From positions 29,081 to 93,080 of IMG/VR virus record IMGVR_UViG_3300037634_002636: 64,000 nucleotides of DNA, one strand, 5' to 3'. The DNA comes from a virus (taxonomy: Duplodnaviria; Caudoviricetes). The notes below the pieces were generated by a model. That model made no database searches. It saw only the letters and a list, made by a program, of their open reading frames with translations, and was not told the origin of the DNA. The position numbers and the translations under genes are program-made. This document shows positions 45,884-56,639 of this stretch, piece by piece (position 1 is the first letter of the stretch; every line of letters begins with the position of its first letter).

Positions 45884-48196
45884 TTATTCAACAACATTCC
45901 AATTATCTGGATTAGTAGGGCCTTCAGAATCTGTACCGCCCACATACATATAATTAATTCCATTATATGTTCTTACTTCTCCTGAATCAGGAAATATAGT
46001 ATTTGGAGCATTTGTTTCTACTGGACGTATACTATCATAAATATTTGATTGAGTAGTTTCTACATTAGCTGAATCGCTTACTGTTGGTATATAATCTTTT
46101 GTTATATTTGTAAAGTCTAATTTATCTACGTCTGTAGAAAGATCTGTAGTACTGCTACCACTTCCGCTATATAATGCTGGAGGCACACCATATATGAGAC
46201 CTTTCTTTATAGCAGTTGCTGCATTTGTTTTTAAAGCACTTCCTACTTGCCATTGTTTTGCCACTCCTCCATAAGGAATTTTAACATTACTTCTAAAAGC
46301 TTTCCATCCTTGAAGAGGATTTAATTGAGAACTCTTTAAATACTTACCTGCACTTACAACACCTCTTCCAGCTTTATATTTATTTAACCAGTTCATAATT
46401 TTACTTCCTTTTCCTATTGCTCCAGCTGGACCTGATAGCATTTGAAATCCTATAGGAGCGCTTCCTACAACATTAGCCTGTGGATCATATTCAAAATTTT
46501 CTTGTAAATATTGTGACACTAATTCTTGATGATTTTGTTGATAAACACTCATATCTTCAACAATTTCATCTGTATTATAATTCTTATATTTTTTAATAGT
46601 TGGATCATAAAATAAATCATAGTCTTGTGGATTAAATTTAAATTGAGATACATCTATTTTATTACCTTCTGCATCTTTAAATGCTCCATATCCTGAATGT
46701 ATTTGAGTCTCTGAATTTTTTGCTGTATATGTTTTCTTTTCTCCACCCGCATCACCAAATAAACCAAAAGTAAGTTTATTTGCTATATCTGGAGATGTAG
46801 TATATGACTGCTTTGTAGTGCCATAACTGGCTAGTTTATCAGAATTATTATCTTTAGCTGCATAATATTCTTCTCTAGTCCAAGGTTGTTCTGTTGATGG
46901 ATTTATTATTGCAGCCCCTGCAGATCCGTCCTCATTTATATGATGAGGTCCTCCGTGCATATACTTCTTTCTTATACCTCCATTCATATATTTTCTCATC
47001 TTATTTCTACTAATAAACTCTTCTTGACTTCCACCGTTATATGTTACTCCATTAACAGTATCCCCAACTTCTAATTTAGGATTAAATCCTCCTTCTGCAA
47101 CTCCATATACTAAAGCTCCTCTTCGCTGCGCCAGAGAATTTATATGATTTTCTGTATCTGAATTAATGTTATAATCAGAAAGGAAACTTGATTCCTGCTG
47201 TGTAGTAGGCATTCCACCCATAAAATATTTATTCATACCACCATCTTCCCAATTAAACATGTTTTTCATTGCACCCCAAGCACTTCCTTTTCCTCCCAGC
47301 TTTAGCCCACTTAGACTACCTCTTTCAGAAAGATTTCTTCTCGTAGTATCAAAAGCACTTCCTTTTCCCCCTAAAGCTCCTCCCAAAGCTCCTCCCAGCC
47401 AATATTTTTTCATACCTCCTTGACGTTTAGGAGCGTACTGAGGATCAGGTTCTCCACTAAATCCCATATCTCCTATATATGTCCAAGAGGTAGGATCCAT
47501 AGGGTCTCCACTATTAAAAACATATCCATTCATTATAGTTCCTGGTTTTATATTTTGCCCTTTCTCATAATGCTCTTGACTTGTATATTCATGTCCTCCG
47601 AACCCAGTAGCTTTACTCCACTTTATATAATTTTCACTAGGTATAGGAATACCATGCTCATCTCTTATATTCCCTCCAGAAAGATCAAATTTATTCTTAT
47701 TCTCTATAATTCTTTGTTGTACTGCTCTACTTTTGGCAAAATCGTGATGCCAATCTGTTCCTTTATTTGTTCCTCCATTTTCAAAGTATCGTTTCATTCC
47801 ACCTTGTTGTGCTATTTGTTGAGGTTGGCCTTCACTACTAACTTGTTCATTCATTCTAGCAAATTCTTGTTTAGTCTTTTGGGGTAAAGTTCCTCCAGCT
47901 TGTGCTTTTGCTTGTAAATACTTTTGAGCTATACCATTCTGATGAGACATATAAAATTCCTGATTCTGACCATTAGAGTCTACAACATTAGTGATAACTT
48001 CTCCAGCAAGAGGCTGACCGCCAGCGCCAAAACCTCCTCCTTCTAACTCCACATCTGGCCCTCTAAGAACTCCTCCTTGTTCATGTGTAGGACCATACAC
48101 TATTTGATCACCACCTCCAGCGTCTTGTATAAATCCTCCTGTATTCATTCTAGTAGGTTGTCTTAATGCTTGTCTAACTCTATCTTTAAAATTCAT
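45884..48196 (-). CDS. Putative cargo protein with repeated xxGG motifs
   Basis: GPTHEQGGV...VELEGG...GEVI N-terminal block and about 10 (K/R)xxxGG-type motifs. Confidence 0.65.
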   Translation of the reverse strand: MNFKDRVRQALRQPTRMNTGGFIQDAGGGDQIVYGPTHEQGGVLRGPDVELEGGGFGAGGQPLAGEVITNVVDSNGQNQEFYMSHQNGIAQKYLQAKAQAGGTLPQKTKQEFARMNEQVSSEGQPQQIAQQGGMKRYFENGGTNKGTDWHHDFAKSRAVQQRIIENKNKFDLSGGNIRDEHGIPIPSENYIKWSKATGFGGHEYTSQEHYEKGQNIKPGTIMNGYVFNSGDPMDPTSWTYIGDMGFSGEPDPQYAPKRQGGMKKYWLGGALGGALGGKGSAFDTTRRNLSERGSLSGLKLGGKGSAWGAMKNMFNWEDGGMNKYFMGGMPTTQQESSFLSDYNINSDTENHINSLAQRRGALVYGVAEGGFNPKLEVGDTVNGVTYNGGSQEEFISRNKMRKYMNGGIRKKYMHGGPHHINEDGSAGAAIINPSTEQPWTREEYYAAKDNNSDKLASYGTTKQSYTTSPDIANKLTFGLFGDAGGEKKTYTAKNSETQIHSGYGAFKDAEGNKIDVSQFKFNPQDYDLFYDPTIKKYKNYNTDEIVEDMSVYQQNHQELVSQYLQENFEYDPQANVVGSAPIGFQMLSGPAGAIGKGSKIMNWLNKYKAGRGVVSAGKYLKSSQLNPLQGWKAFRSNVKIPYGGVAKQWQVGSALKTNAATAIKKGLIYGVPPALYSGSGSSTTDLSTDVDKLDFTNITKDYIPTVSDSANVETTQSNIYDSIRPVETNAPNTIFPDSGEVRTYNGINYMYVGGTDSEGPTNPDNWNVVE

Positions 48197-48208
48197 AACT
48201 TTTAATTT

Positions 48209-49516
48209 TTATATGTTGTATTTAAATCCTCCTAAATTACCATAGCCTGTATTAGAGAATCCTGATCTTCTACCTGTTGAATATCTTGCATCATACGGTT
48301 GTCTTCTAGATTCAGCCCATGCTTGTTCATAATCGTATTGTGCCTTATCGTTTAGAGCACTAATTCTCCTGTTTTCGTTTTTTATTTTTTTCTTAAGCTT
48401 TTTAGCTGTAACTCCCTGTACAACCATATCTCCAATTTGCATTACAGCTCCTATCCAATCAAATGTAACAATATCTAAAGCTAAGCTACCTATATCTGTT
48501 GCAACTTCTCCTGCTGTATACGTACTAGGATCATTGTCATCACTTAAATAATGTAACCCTATATCAACAGGCACAGTCCATAGACCTCCCTTAACTGGAG
48601 CTTTACTAGCAGTATTAACAAACATATTACCACCTTTTACAGCCTCTCCATAATTACTATGTGTTTGTTTAAGTCCTTTACTAGTCATTTCATATGTCTC
48701 TCCACTAGCTGTAGAAAATCCTTCTCCTATTTGTGTACCTCTTTCTGCAGCAAGATTCAAAGTATCTGAACTAACTCCTGTATACCGACCCTTTTCAAAT
48801 ATACCTTTTTGAATCGTTTCTTGCTTACCTTCCTGCCATGCGGTTAATTCTTCCCCCCTTAAAGGCATACCAGCTGCATCCCTAGGCACCCTCATACTCT
48901 CTTGATACTCCTGTTTATACTGCCTATAGGCGTTTCTAGTAGGCGTAAAGGTTTCTCCTTTAGTAGTTGCCATTTCACCTTGAAACTCTGACCATTGGTC
49001 ATAAGTCTGCATATAGTTTGGACTCGCTTGATAATTTGGGTCCCATACTGATAACCCTTTATTGCTTTTTGTTAAACCTTTAACCTCTGCTTTAGTAGGA
49101 TATCCCGTACTTCCAGGCCCAACACCATACTGAGGGTTTTTACCACTAAAAGCATTTGTTATTCTATTATTTATATTTTGGTTCCAGGATTGGTTAGTAC
49201 CTTTTACTTTACCTTGTAAAGTAGTATTAATACCAGACTTTACTGTATTATAATTTTTCAATGATTGATTAGCTTGTAAATATGAACTCTCTAAAAAATT
49301 TTGATAGTTTTCTGCAGTAGATACATTGGTTTGATTATATGCATCTGTAGCAGCTTGGCTATCTTTCTGTACTTGTCCCCATGTGTATTGTAAATAAGCT
49401 TCATTATTATCATAATCATAAGCTCCATAACCACCTTCTGGAAACTTTCTAACATTTTTTGATATATTATATTTACTCATAATAGATTTATCTATACGTT
49501 TTTGAATAAGTTGCAT
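48209..49516 (-). CDS. Putative cargo protein with hydrophobic C-terminal helices
   Basis: 435 aa; RKFPEGG near the N-terminus; amphipathic segment IGSLALDIVTFDWIGAVMQIG. Start may be ATG 49480. Confidence 0.6.
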   Translation of the reverse strand: MQLIQKRIDKSIMSKYNISKNVRKFPEGGYGAYDYDNNEAYLQYTWGQVQKDSQAATDAYNQTNVSTAENYQNFLESSYLQANQSLKNYNTVKSGINTTLQGKVKGTNQSWNQNINNRITNAFSGKNPQYGVGPGSTGYPTKAEVKGLTKSNKGLSVWDPNYQASPNYMQTYDQWSEFQGEMATTKGETFTPTRNAYRQYKQEYQESMRVPRDAAGMPLRGEELTAWQEGKQETIQKGIFEKGRYTGVSSDTLNLAAERGTQIGEGFSTASGETYEMTSKGLKQTHSNYGEAVKGGNMFVNTASKAPVKGGLWTVPVDIGLHYLSDDNDPSTYTAGEVATDIGSLALDIVTFDWIGAVMQIGDMVVQGVTAKKLKKKIKNENRRISALNDKAQYDYEQAWAESRRQPYDARYSTGRRSGFSNTGYGNLGGFKYNI

Positions 49517-52500
49517 CCGCAGAATGCAAAGTTACTAAATATTTTCCACTTGTGCTTCCACTATTCGTTGTATTTATAATTAATCTAACAGCCATCCATT
49601 TATCTACAAATTTACGTCTCTCGTTCCAGTCTTTATTAAGATCAAGCGCTCCTGAATTTAAAGTAATTAAAGAAGTTAAGTAATTAGTATTCAATATATT
49701 ACCTGGAGTTCCGGTAGTCATAGTAGAACTAATACCATTTGTTTGTTCCATATCATCTCTAAAGTCGTTACAATACCAAGTTCTTTCTTTTCTTCTTATA
49801 TTTGCTGTAGTTTGTATAAAATTATACTGCCCATTTGCCGTTATAAATGGAGTTCCTCTTGACATTTGTCTGCTATTATAAATATAAAATGTATCAAATC
49901 CAGGGTCTTGTACTTCTGTTCTTGCTCCCTCTTCTAGGTTTGAAGGTTCTTCTACATCTACTGTATAATAAAAATTACTATACTTTTTGTTGTCGTTTGG
50001 TTCAATGTTTGATATATACTCAAATACTATATCATAATCAGTATTATAATATCGTCCTATATTATAAGCAGATGTTTCATGATTATGTTTCCATATATAA
50101 GCGTTAGTAGCTTCTGGTATACTATATAAATTTTCACTTGTATAAAAATAAACTAAAGGAGCAAAATCATGAACAGAAGCCCAAAATTTTAGAGCTGGAT
50201 AATAAGACACAGTCCAACTATAATCAGAAAAATATGTGTTACTATACCAATTAATTTTCTGACCGTTAATTCTATAGCAACGATAGTCATTATCCCATTC
50301 AATCTCATTATTATCCCATTTAGTTATAAATGTACTAGTAGGAGCCTTATCTAATTTAGTTAATACAAATCTTTCATATTCTGGATCCCAAGAAGCTATT
50401 ATTCCTAAACCAGCTGTTGGTATATCTAAATTTATAGGTAACCCATAATCCTTAAGACCCCATGTAGTTAGCCTTCTAAATAAAAACTCCCGCATACCTA
50501 AAGCAGAAATCTCTTCTAATTTATCTCCTAATAAAAATACCTTACCTGCTTGTTTATCTACAGAGAAATGTCCATACTTAGTTACAACTACTGCGTATTG
50601 ACTAGTAGTACCTGCATGGCCCCTAGATGTGTATAAAACTTCTGAAGGATCGTGTTTAAATAGGTTACCATCTCCTAATGCTAATTCTGTTATATCAGCT
50701 GCTCCTTCTTCTCCTGTTTTTAATGTTTCTTTTCCTCTTGTTTTTAATAAAGTTCTTTCAGTCTGAGGTAATAGCACATTGTCAAATACTGCTAAATTCC
50801 ATAACTCTCCTCTATGTCGTGGTAAATCTCTATATTGGGCAGAATGATACATTCTAAAACTATCTGTTAAACCAGATTGATTGTGAGGTACACTTCTTAT
50901 AATTCTTGTAGGAAAATCTGATTGGACTGAAATTTTATTTAAATGATTAAAAGCTACTACTGGCCTAAGATTCATTTGAGAACTATAATCTGGATTATAA
51001 CTAAATATTCTAGGACCAGCTTTCCACTGGCTTATAACTGGATCTTGTATATGCTTCAAAGGAAAGAAATCCTCATTATCATTCCCCATACTGTGTCTCA
51101 TATGAATATTTACCTTAGATTCTATTATATACAATTGATGAGAAGTATCTTCATGAGCGCCCTTATGCATCCATGTATCTCCCATTAATCCATATACATA
51201 ATGAATATATCTCCCAGGTTGATCAAATCGATCCACATCCCACTCATCAGAACTACTACTCCCATACATTGCTTCAACTGGCATAGGACCATTACCTGGC
51301 CATGCATATCCAGGAGCTTTCATACTTCGTGTTTCACAATAAAAATCTATATATGTATCACCTCCAAAAATTCTATCACTATTAGCTATAGTTTGAACAG
51401 ACGTTAGAGCAGAAACATCATACTCATAGCCTGTATATACTAAATTTGCCTGCAGATCAAATGGAGTATATACATCAGAGATTACTCTATGTAATCCCGC
51501 ATAAGCCATATGCTGTATTACTGTATCGTCTTGATCACTTCCATATTGAACACCAAACGAGAAATAGTTACCCTGTCTCTGGTGCCCCATCATTGGTGGT
51601 TCGATCCCAGTATCAGACCACCAAAGGAAAGTCTGGCACCAGCTATTCTGCCAATTGCCTGTATTATCTGTACCACTAAATACACTACCAAAATCTGCAG
51701 ATTGAATACACATTTCTTTAAACGCCCAAGTACCAGCGCCATAACCCACCTGATCATACATATTAATAAAACAATTATGCATATCATTATCTAAATAAGG
51801 GTAATTAAAATTTAGAGGTGCACTAGTACTATAAGCTTGTTTATTTGTTAATAATGATCCATAAAGTTGATAAGCATAATAATTTCGCATAAACGTACTT
51901 ATATCATGAGTAAAAACATCATTATAAGTATATAGATATGTTGTCTGACATCCTCCTGAGTTTACAATTTCGCCAGCAGGACTGTTTGGTGCATCTATTA
52001 TCTGATCTGCAGGTATATTCATAGACATTCCTATTGCTCTAAAATAAGGATATTGAGTACCACAACTTTGTCCAGCAGATCCTCCTACTTCACCTGTATT
52101 ATACAAAACACCATAGGTTTTATTATCATCATACTCCTGACAATCATTTTGAGTCCAATCAAATAATATATACATTCTATCTTCATCTTGACCAGTAGTA
52201 GAGTTTATTTTCGAACCACCTTGATCTTTTCTAATAAAATAAGCTCCCATAAATGCATTAGTAGCGTCTGGTCTTCCTTGTCTAAAATGTCTTTGAATCT
52301 TCATATATGAAACATTAGATATATCTGGATCCATCATTCTTGTATATAAACCATTAAAAGAAAAATGATTTCCTCTTGGTTCTTTAGTATGTCTGTCTAA
52401 GTATCCTCCATGTTCTATATCTGAATATGGAGCATGAACACAACTAAATGGGTAAGCAACTACACTTCCTCCTGTAAAATTTCCAGACCAAGAAGCATAA

Positions 52501-54563
52501 TCATCTCCTCCTGGAGGAGCGTTCATAGCATAATCTTTAACTAATACTGTTCCCTCATATCCTGTAGCACCCCAAGATCCTCCTGCATGGTATCCATTTG
52601 TATCGAACCCGTTTAAAGGATGTATAAAAGAATTATTCCATCCATTCTCCTCACAAGCTCCCCAAGTATCGTCTGACGCTGAGCATGCCGCACTAGGCAT
52701 AAGATTAAGTATACCTGTATCAACAACTAAAGAGTTACCTTCTGTTCTCTTAGCGTAATATATTCTATACGATAAAACCTTACCAATCATAAAATCAGGA
52801 AAAGGTATATTAGTTATTTTTACAGCTAACGGATTTAATTTTTGCTGTCCTTTATAATAACCAGCAGGGCCTCCATAAGGATGGCCTCCACCTTCTCCCA
52901 CACAAGCTGACGGCATATGATGGTGTCTAACTGGTGTAATACCATTACCATATTGTAAAGAAGGTAGTGAATTCCCGTTATGATCTAGCCCGTTATAATT
53001 AACATCTGTTGGATACGTTTCATTTTTATTTTCCCAATATCCCGTCTTAGTACTTGTAAGATTACTTCCCCAAGTAGTAAGATCTCCTATTTGTACAGTA
53101 GCAGTAGCTGGATTATTCTGCCCCATTCTTTCTAATTGACTTATTCCAACACCGTCGCCTGTATCCATATAAGGAACATCATTTACAGTAAGACATGCCA
53201 AGTCGTCTTCCTTAAGACCTGCTCCCGCATAGTCATCAATATCTAATGGAGGTCTACCAGGTATATGATAAGCTACCGTTTCATTACCATCTACTGTTAT
53301 CCATGATATATAAAAAGCATATACCTCATCTCTTTGATATCCTGTATAATCATATTTATCCTTTGCATCTCGCATAGCATTGGTTGCAGAAGCGATATTT
53401 ATATTCATATTAACATTAGTAACAGCATTAATATCAACCAAATCATCAAAGCCGTCATTGATTTGCCTTGCCATAACTTTAATACCCATTGCATATGGTT
53501 GATATCCTATATCTATTGTATTTTTTTCCAGATTACCCCAATATAGTGTATCATCTACTTGGGCTACTGTTTTAGCTTTAGTGTACGTATCTCTTGGTAT
53601 TAAAACTTCTTCTATAGCTATTGCCTCTGTCTGTTCATTGCCTGTGTATGATACTAGTATACTAGTACTAGCAGTAATATCATAATCTAAATCTTGTAAT
53701 TGATGTGCTGTAATTACCCCCGCTTCTCTTTTTAATATTACTGGTCTAATAAAAGAATATCTAGGATCTAAATTAGTAATTTTAAAAATAATACCTTTTG
53801 CGCCAGCAGTACCAGGCTCCCCGCCTTGATAACTCATTGGAGGATGCCCATCTATATTTGATACAAAACCCATATTTGAAACAGTAGCAGCATTAGCTCC
53901 TAGAGCAGTTGTTGCATTCGACTCTGGAGAAGTATTAGGTGTTATATATACCCATAAGGATATATCTAAATAATTCGTTGGAGTACCTTCATTATCTAAT
54001 AATGCAAATGTTAAAGCATAAGCCCCCACAGTTAATACTCCGGTTTGCATTCTATCTAAAGTTACTTGAGGACATTCACTAAGTTGAGGAAATATATTAA
54101 AATCTTCAATATCATGTGGACAAACTGGAGGTTTATATAATTTAATATATCGCATCGGATTAAAGTCATCTGTCCAATATACAGATATCTTACCTGTAAT
54201 ATCCATTTTAGCTTCTGCTTGAATAGGAAATTCTATTTTAAAGTTTAATTTATTAATACCAACGCATGCACTATCATTATATATTACAGTGTATGTATTA
54301 CTTGCTGGATTAAATACACCTATTTCAGAATTAAAAGGAGAGGCAATTTTTGTTGAAAATAAACACACTTTTTCATCAGGCAATAAACAACTCCCTATAA
54401 CTCTATATCCTGCAGTAATATTAACTATTTGATCTGTTCCTTTTTCTGATTGAACTGTTCCTGCTCCAGGAGGTATTACCATATTTCTGGCATACCTCCA
54501 AGTTCCTGCAGGTTGATCTACAGGATTTATGTCTCTATTAAGTCCTTTTAAAAATTTTCCCAT
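49488..54563 (-). CDS. Tail stabilisation / muzzle protein (P22 gp10-like family of crAss-like phages)
   Basis: KGLNRDINPVDQPAGTWRYARNM start; VYWTDDFNPMRYI; LYWGNL; IFGGDTYI; YSNFYY; RRKERTW; position after the tail ring genes. Confidence 0.75.
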   Translation of the reverse strand: MGKFLKGLNRDINPVDQPAGTWRYARNMVIPPGAGTVQSEKGTDQIVNITAGYRVIGSCLLPDEKVCLFSTKIASPFNSEIGVFNPASNTYTVIYNDSACVGINKLNFKIEFPIQAEAKMDITGKISVYWTDDFNPMRYIKLYKPPVCPHDIEDFNIFPQLSECPQVTLDRMQTGVLTVGAYALTFALLDNEGTPTNYLDISLWVYITPNTSPESNATTALGANAATVSNMGFVSNIDGHPPMSYQGGEPGTAGAKGIIFKITNLDPRYSFIRPVILKREAGVITAHQLQDLDYDITASTSILVSYTGNEQTEAIAIEEVLIPRDTYTKAKTVAQVDDTLYWGNLEKNTIDIGYQPYAMGIKVMARQINDGFDDLVDINAVTNVNMNINIASATNAMRDAKDKYDYTGYQRDEVYAFYISWITVDGNETVAYHIPGRPPLDIDDYAGAGLKEDDLACLTVNDVPYMDTGDGVGISQLERMGQNNPATATVQIGDLTTWGSNLTSTKTGYWENKNETYPTDVNYNGLDHNGNSLPSLQYGNGITPVRHHHMPSACVGEGGGHPYGGPAGYYKGQQKLNPLAVKITNIPFPDFMIGKVLSYRIYYAKRTEGNSLVVDTGILNLMPSAACSASDDTWGACEENGWNNSFIHPLNGFDTNGYHAGGSWGATGYEGTVLVKDYAMNAPPGGDDYASWSGNFTGGSVVAYPFSCVHAPYSDIEHGGYLDRHTKEPRGNHFSFNGLYTRMMDPDISNVSYMKIQRHFRQGRPDATNAFMGAYFIRKDQGGSKINSTTGQDEDRMYILFDWTQNDCQEYDDNKTYGVLYNTGEVGGSAGQSCGTQYPYFRAIGMSMNIPADQIIDAPNSPAGEIVNSGGCQTTYLYTYNDVFTHDISTFMRNYYAYQLYGSLLTNKQAYSTSAPLNFNYPYLDNDMHNCFINMYDQVGYGAGTWAFKEMCIQSADFGSVFSGTDNTGNWQNSWCQTFLWWSDTGIEPPMMGHQRQGNYFSFGVQYGSDQDDTVIQHMAYAGLHRVISDVYTPFDLQANLVYTGYEYDVSALTSVQTIANSDRIFGGDTYIDFYCETRSMKAPGYAWPGNGPMPVEAMYGSSSSDEWDVDRFDQPGRYIHYVYGLMGDTWMHKGAHEDTSHQLYIIESKVNIHMRHSMGNDNEDFFPLKHIQDPVISQWKAGPRIFSYNPDYSSQMNLRPVVAFNHLNKISVQSDFPTRIIRSVPHNQSGLTDSFRMYHSAQYRDLPRHRGELWNLAVFDNVLLPQTERTLLKTRGKETLKTGEEGAADITELALGDGNLFKHDPSEVLYTSRGHAGTTSQYAVVVTKYGHFSVDKQAGKVFLLGDKLEEISALGMREFLFRRLTTWGLKDYGLPINLDIPTAGLGIIASWDPEYERFVLTKLDKAPTSTFITKWDNNEIEWDNDYRCYRINGQKINWYSNTYFSDYSWTVSYYPALKFWASVHDFAPLVYFYTSENLYSIPEATNAYIWKHNHETSAYNIGRYYNTDYDIVFEYISNIEPNDNKKYSNFYYTVDVEEPSNLEEGARTEVQDPGFDTFYIYNSRQMSRGTPFITANGQYNFIQTTANIRRKERTWYCNDFRDDMEQTNGISSTMTTGTPGNILNTNYLTSLITLNSGALDLNKDWNERRKFVDKWMAVRLIINTTNSGSTSGKYLVTLHSADATYSKTYR

Positions 54564-55435
54564 TATTGATCTCTATCTAATTGTTCTCTTGTATTTAATG
54601 TATTAAAGTTAGAATCATGCTCGCTAATTCTAGGTATTAGTCTTACCCATTGATTTAAAAATGATTCATATCTATCTATATCAGGATACATAGCAGAATT
54701 CCTAGCTTGTGTAACATAATACTTCCATTGCTGTTCCGCAATATCATATGTAATACCGTTAGGTTTAATATTAGGATCTCTTAATAATAACTTTTTATAT
54801 ATATACCAGAACATAGCTTCTTTAAAGCTAATATCATCAGGTACCATAGGATAACAATTGTCATCTGTTGGAAAAGCCATATAACTTAAACAAATAGTCC
54901 CAGACACAAAAGACGTCTTAATTTTACCTCCATTTATAAAGTAAGTTTCTTTTGTTTCTGCATTACGATTTAAACAATTATCACAATGTAATGCTACAGG
55001 AAACTCAGAAGTAGCATATGATAAAGGAGATAATTCGTCAGGATTTTCCCAGTACATACTTTCTAATACTACGTATCTAGAATTTAGTTCTCTTAATTCT
55101 GTTAATACATTTTGATCTGGATTAGCATCTAATAAATCTTTTATCTCTGCTATTTTAGATGTAAGTGTTTTTAACTCGGTAGATATACTTCCTGCCACTC
55201 TTTTATTGGTAGCCACTAAATTAATATAATATAAGTCAGATGGCAGACAAGCTGTATACTCAGCAACTGTTAGGGTACATACTTTCTTTTCTAATTGAGG
55301 AGCTGCTCCAACGTGTTCTAAAGCTTCTCCCATCCATTCAATTGCATCTTCAACCCAATTGTCTGTACTTAAACTAAGGTCTCTCATTATCTTTCTGATA
55401 ATAGTTTGACTAGATATTTGTTTGTATATTGCCAT
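54563..55435 (-). CDS. Tail ring / tail tubular protein
   Basis: IEWMGEALEHVG, CLSYMAFPTDDNCYPMVPD, WKYYVTQAR; crAss-like tail gene order. Confidence 0.65.
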   Translation of the reverse strand: MAIYKQISSQTIIRKIMRDLSLSTDNWVEDAIEWMGEALEHVGAAPQLEKKVCTLTVAEYTACLPSDLYYINLVATNKRVAGSISTELKTLTSKIAEIKDLLDANPDQNVLTELRELNSRYVVLESMYWENPDELSPLSYATSEFPVALHCDNCLNRNAETKETYFINGGKIKTSFVSGTICLSYMAFPTDDNCYPMVPDDISFKEAMFWYIYKKLLLRDPNIKPNGITYDIAEQQWKYYVTQARNSAMYPDIDRYESFLNQWVRLIPRISEHDSNFNTLNTREQLDRDQ

Positions 55436-55436
55436 A

Positions 55437-55916
55437 TTATTTATATTTTTTAAATTTTAAATAAGCTAACTCGTTTTCTTTTAATAATCTAGTTAATCTT
55501 TCTTTATTGCCTTTTAAACCCCTAGTAGTATCGAATCTATATACTGATTTATTCTTAACTGCACATTTCCCTTTTCTCCAATAATATTTATAATAATACT
55601 CATCAGTAAAGTATATTTGCCATTTTACCCCTTCTCCTGTTTCTTTATCATAAAGCTTCTCTCCACTATCTTTAAGTTCCTGTTTATATTTATTAGATTC
55701 AGCCCAATTTACTCTAGGAGCTCTAGGATCTCTCTCCATTCTAACTATAGATAATGTAGATAGGTTATATCCCATATTAAACTCCTTACCTTCTAATATA
55801 TAATCCATAATCATTATATTAAAATCCCCACAAATATTTTTAAATGTAGAATTATCTACAGCTTCTGATATATCATTCTTATAAGCCTCATATATATGTG
55901 TTAAAGTATATGCCAC
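55437..55916 (-). CDS. IHF/HU-like protein (crAss-type)
   Basis: FKNICGDFNIMIMDYILEGKEFNMGYNLSTLSI...VYRF pattern; located between the tail ring genes. Confidence 0.6.
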   Translation of the reverse strand: MAYTLTHIYEAYKNDISEAVDNSTFKNICGDFNIMIMDYILEGKEFNMGYNLSTLSIVRMERDPRAPRVNWAESNKYKQELKDSGEKLYDKETGEGVKWQIYFTDEYYYKYYWRKGKCAVKNKSVYRFDTTRGLKGNKERLTRLLKENELAYLKFKKYK

Positions 55917-56632
55917 TATTCTTGTTGTTGTTGTTGTCCTTGTGGAGGTCTAGGAATATTAGGAGCAGGTGCATTATCTTGATGTCTGTCTAACTCTACA
56001 TCATTAGGAGTAGAAGCTATTAAACCTAACTCTCCCTGAACTATACCTTGAGTTATAGCTTGTACCATATCTCCAGGTATAGGAAAATCACTAGTATTAT
56101 CATAACAAGATCCATCCTCACAATCAAATTTAGCTACTTCTTCTGGATTTTCAAACACTCCTCTTATATTTACTAAGCCTATTTCATGTGGTTCATATAA
56201 ATATAAATAATCATCTATCATATAAGCTTTAGTATTTTTACCTGTATATTTATCCCACATTAAGTATTTTACCATATGTGATTGTACTATAGGTATTCTA
56301 GTAATACCATCTATAGCTCCTACATATGTGATTGCATCCGTAAAATTAAATCTAACAGTTCTAGGAATTTTAATTTCTGTCCTCATAACGTGACAATCAA
56401 TAGGTAGTGTACAGCATTTAGAAGCGTCTACTTTAATAAGTTTAACACATCCTAAATCTTGTTCTACATGTCGTGTTACTAAACCATTACGAGCAAAGTC
56501 TCTTCTTAAAAGCATTGCTCTGTAATATTTAATATTAAATTTAATTTGATCTAAAGAGATTGTTTCGTCATGGTGAGACTTTCCTCCTCTTACTAAATTT
56601 AAGATATTGTATGCAATTTCATCTAAAGTCAT
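55916..56632 (-). CDS. Tail ring / head-tail connector protein
   Basis: MTLDEIAYNI...YYRAMLLRR...NIRGVFENPEEV...FPIPGDM. Confidence 0.6.
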   Translation of the reverse strand: MTLDEIAYNILNLVRGGKSHHDETISLDQIKFNIKYYRAMLLRRDFARNGLVTRHVEQDLGCVKLIKVDASKCCTLPIDCHVMRTEIKIPRTVRFNFTDAITYVGAIDGITRIPIVQSHMVKYLMWDKYTGKNTKAYMIDDYLYLYEPHEIGLVNIRGVFENPEEVAKFDCEDGSCYDNTSDFPIPGDMVQAITQGIVQGELGLIASTPNDVELDRHQDNAPAPNIPRPPQGQQQQQE

Positions 56633-56639
56633 TTTTTAT

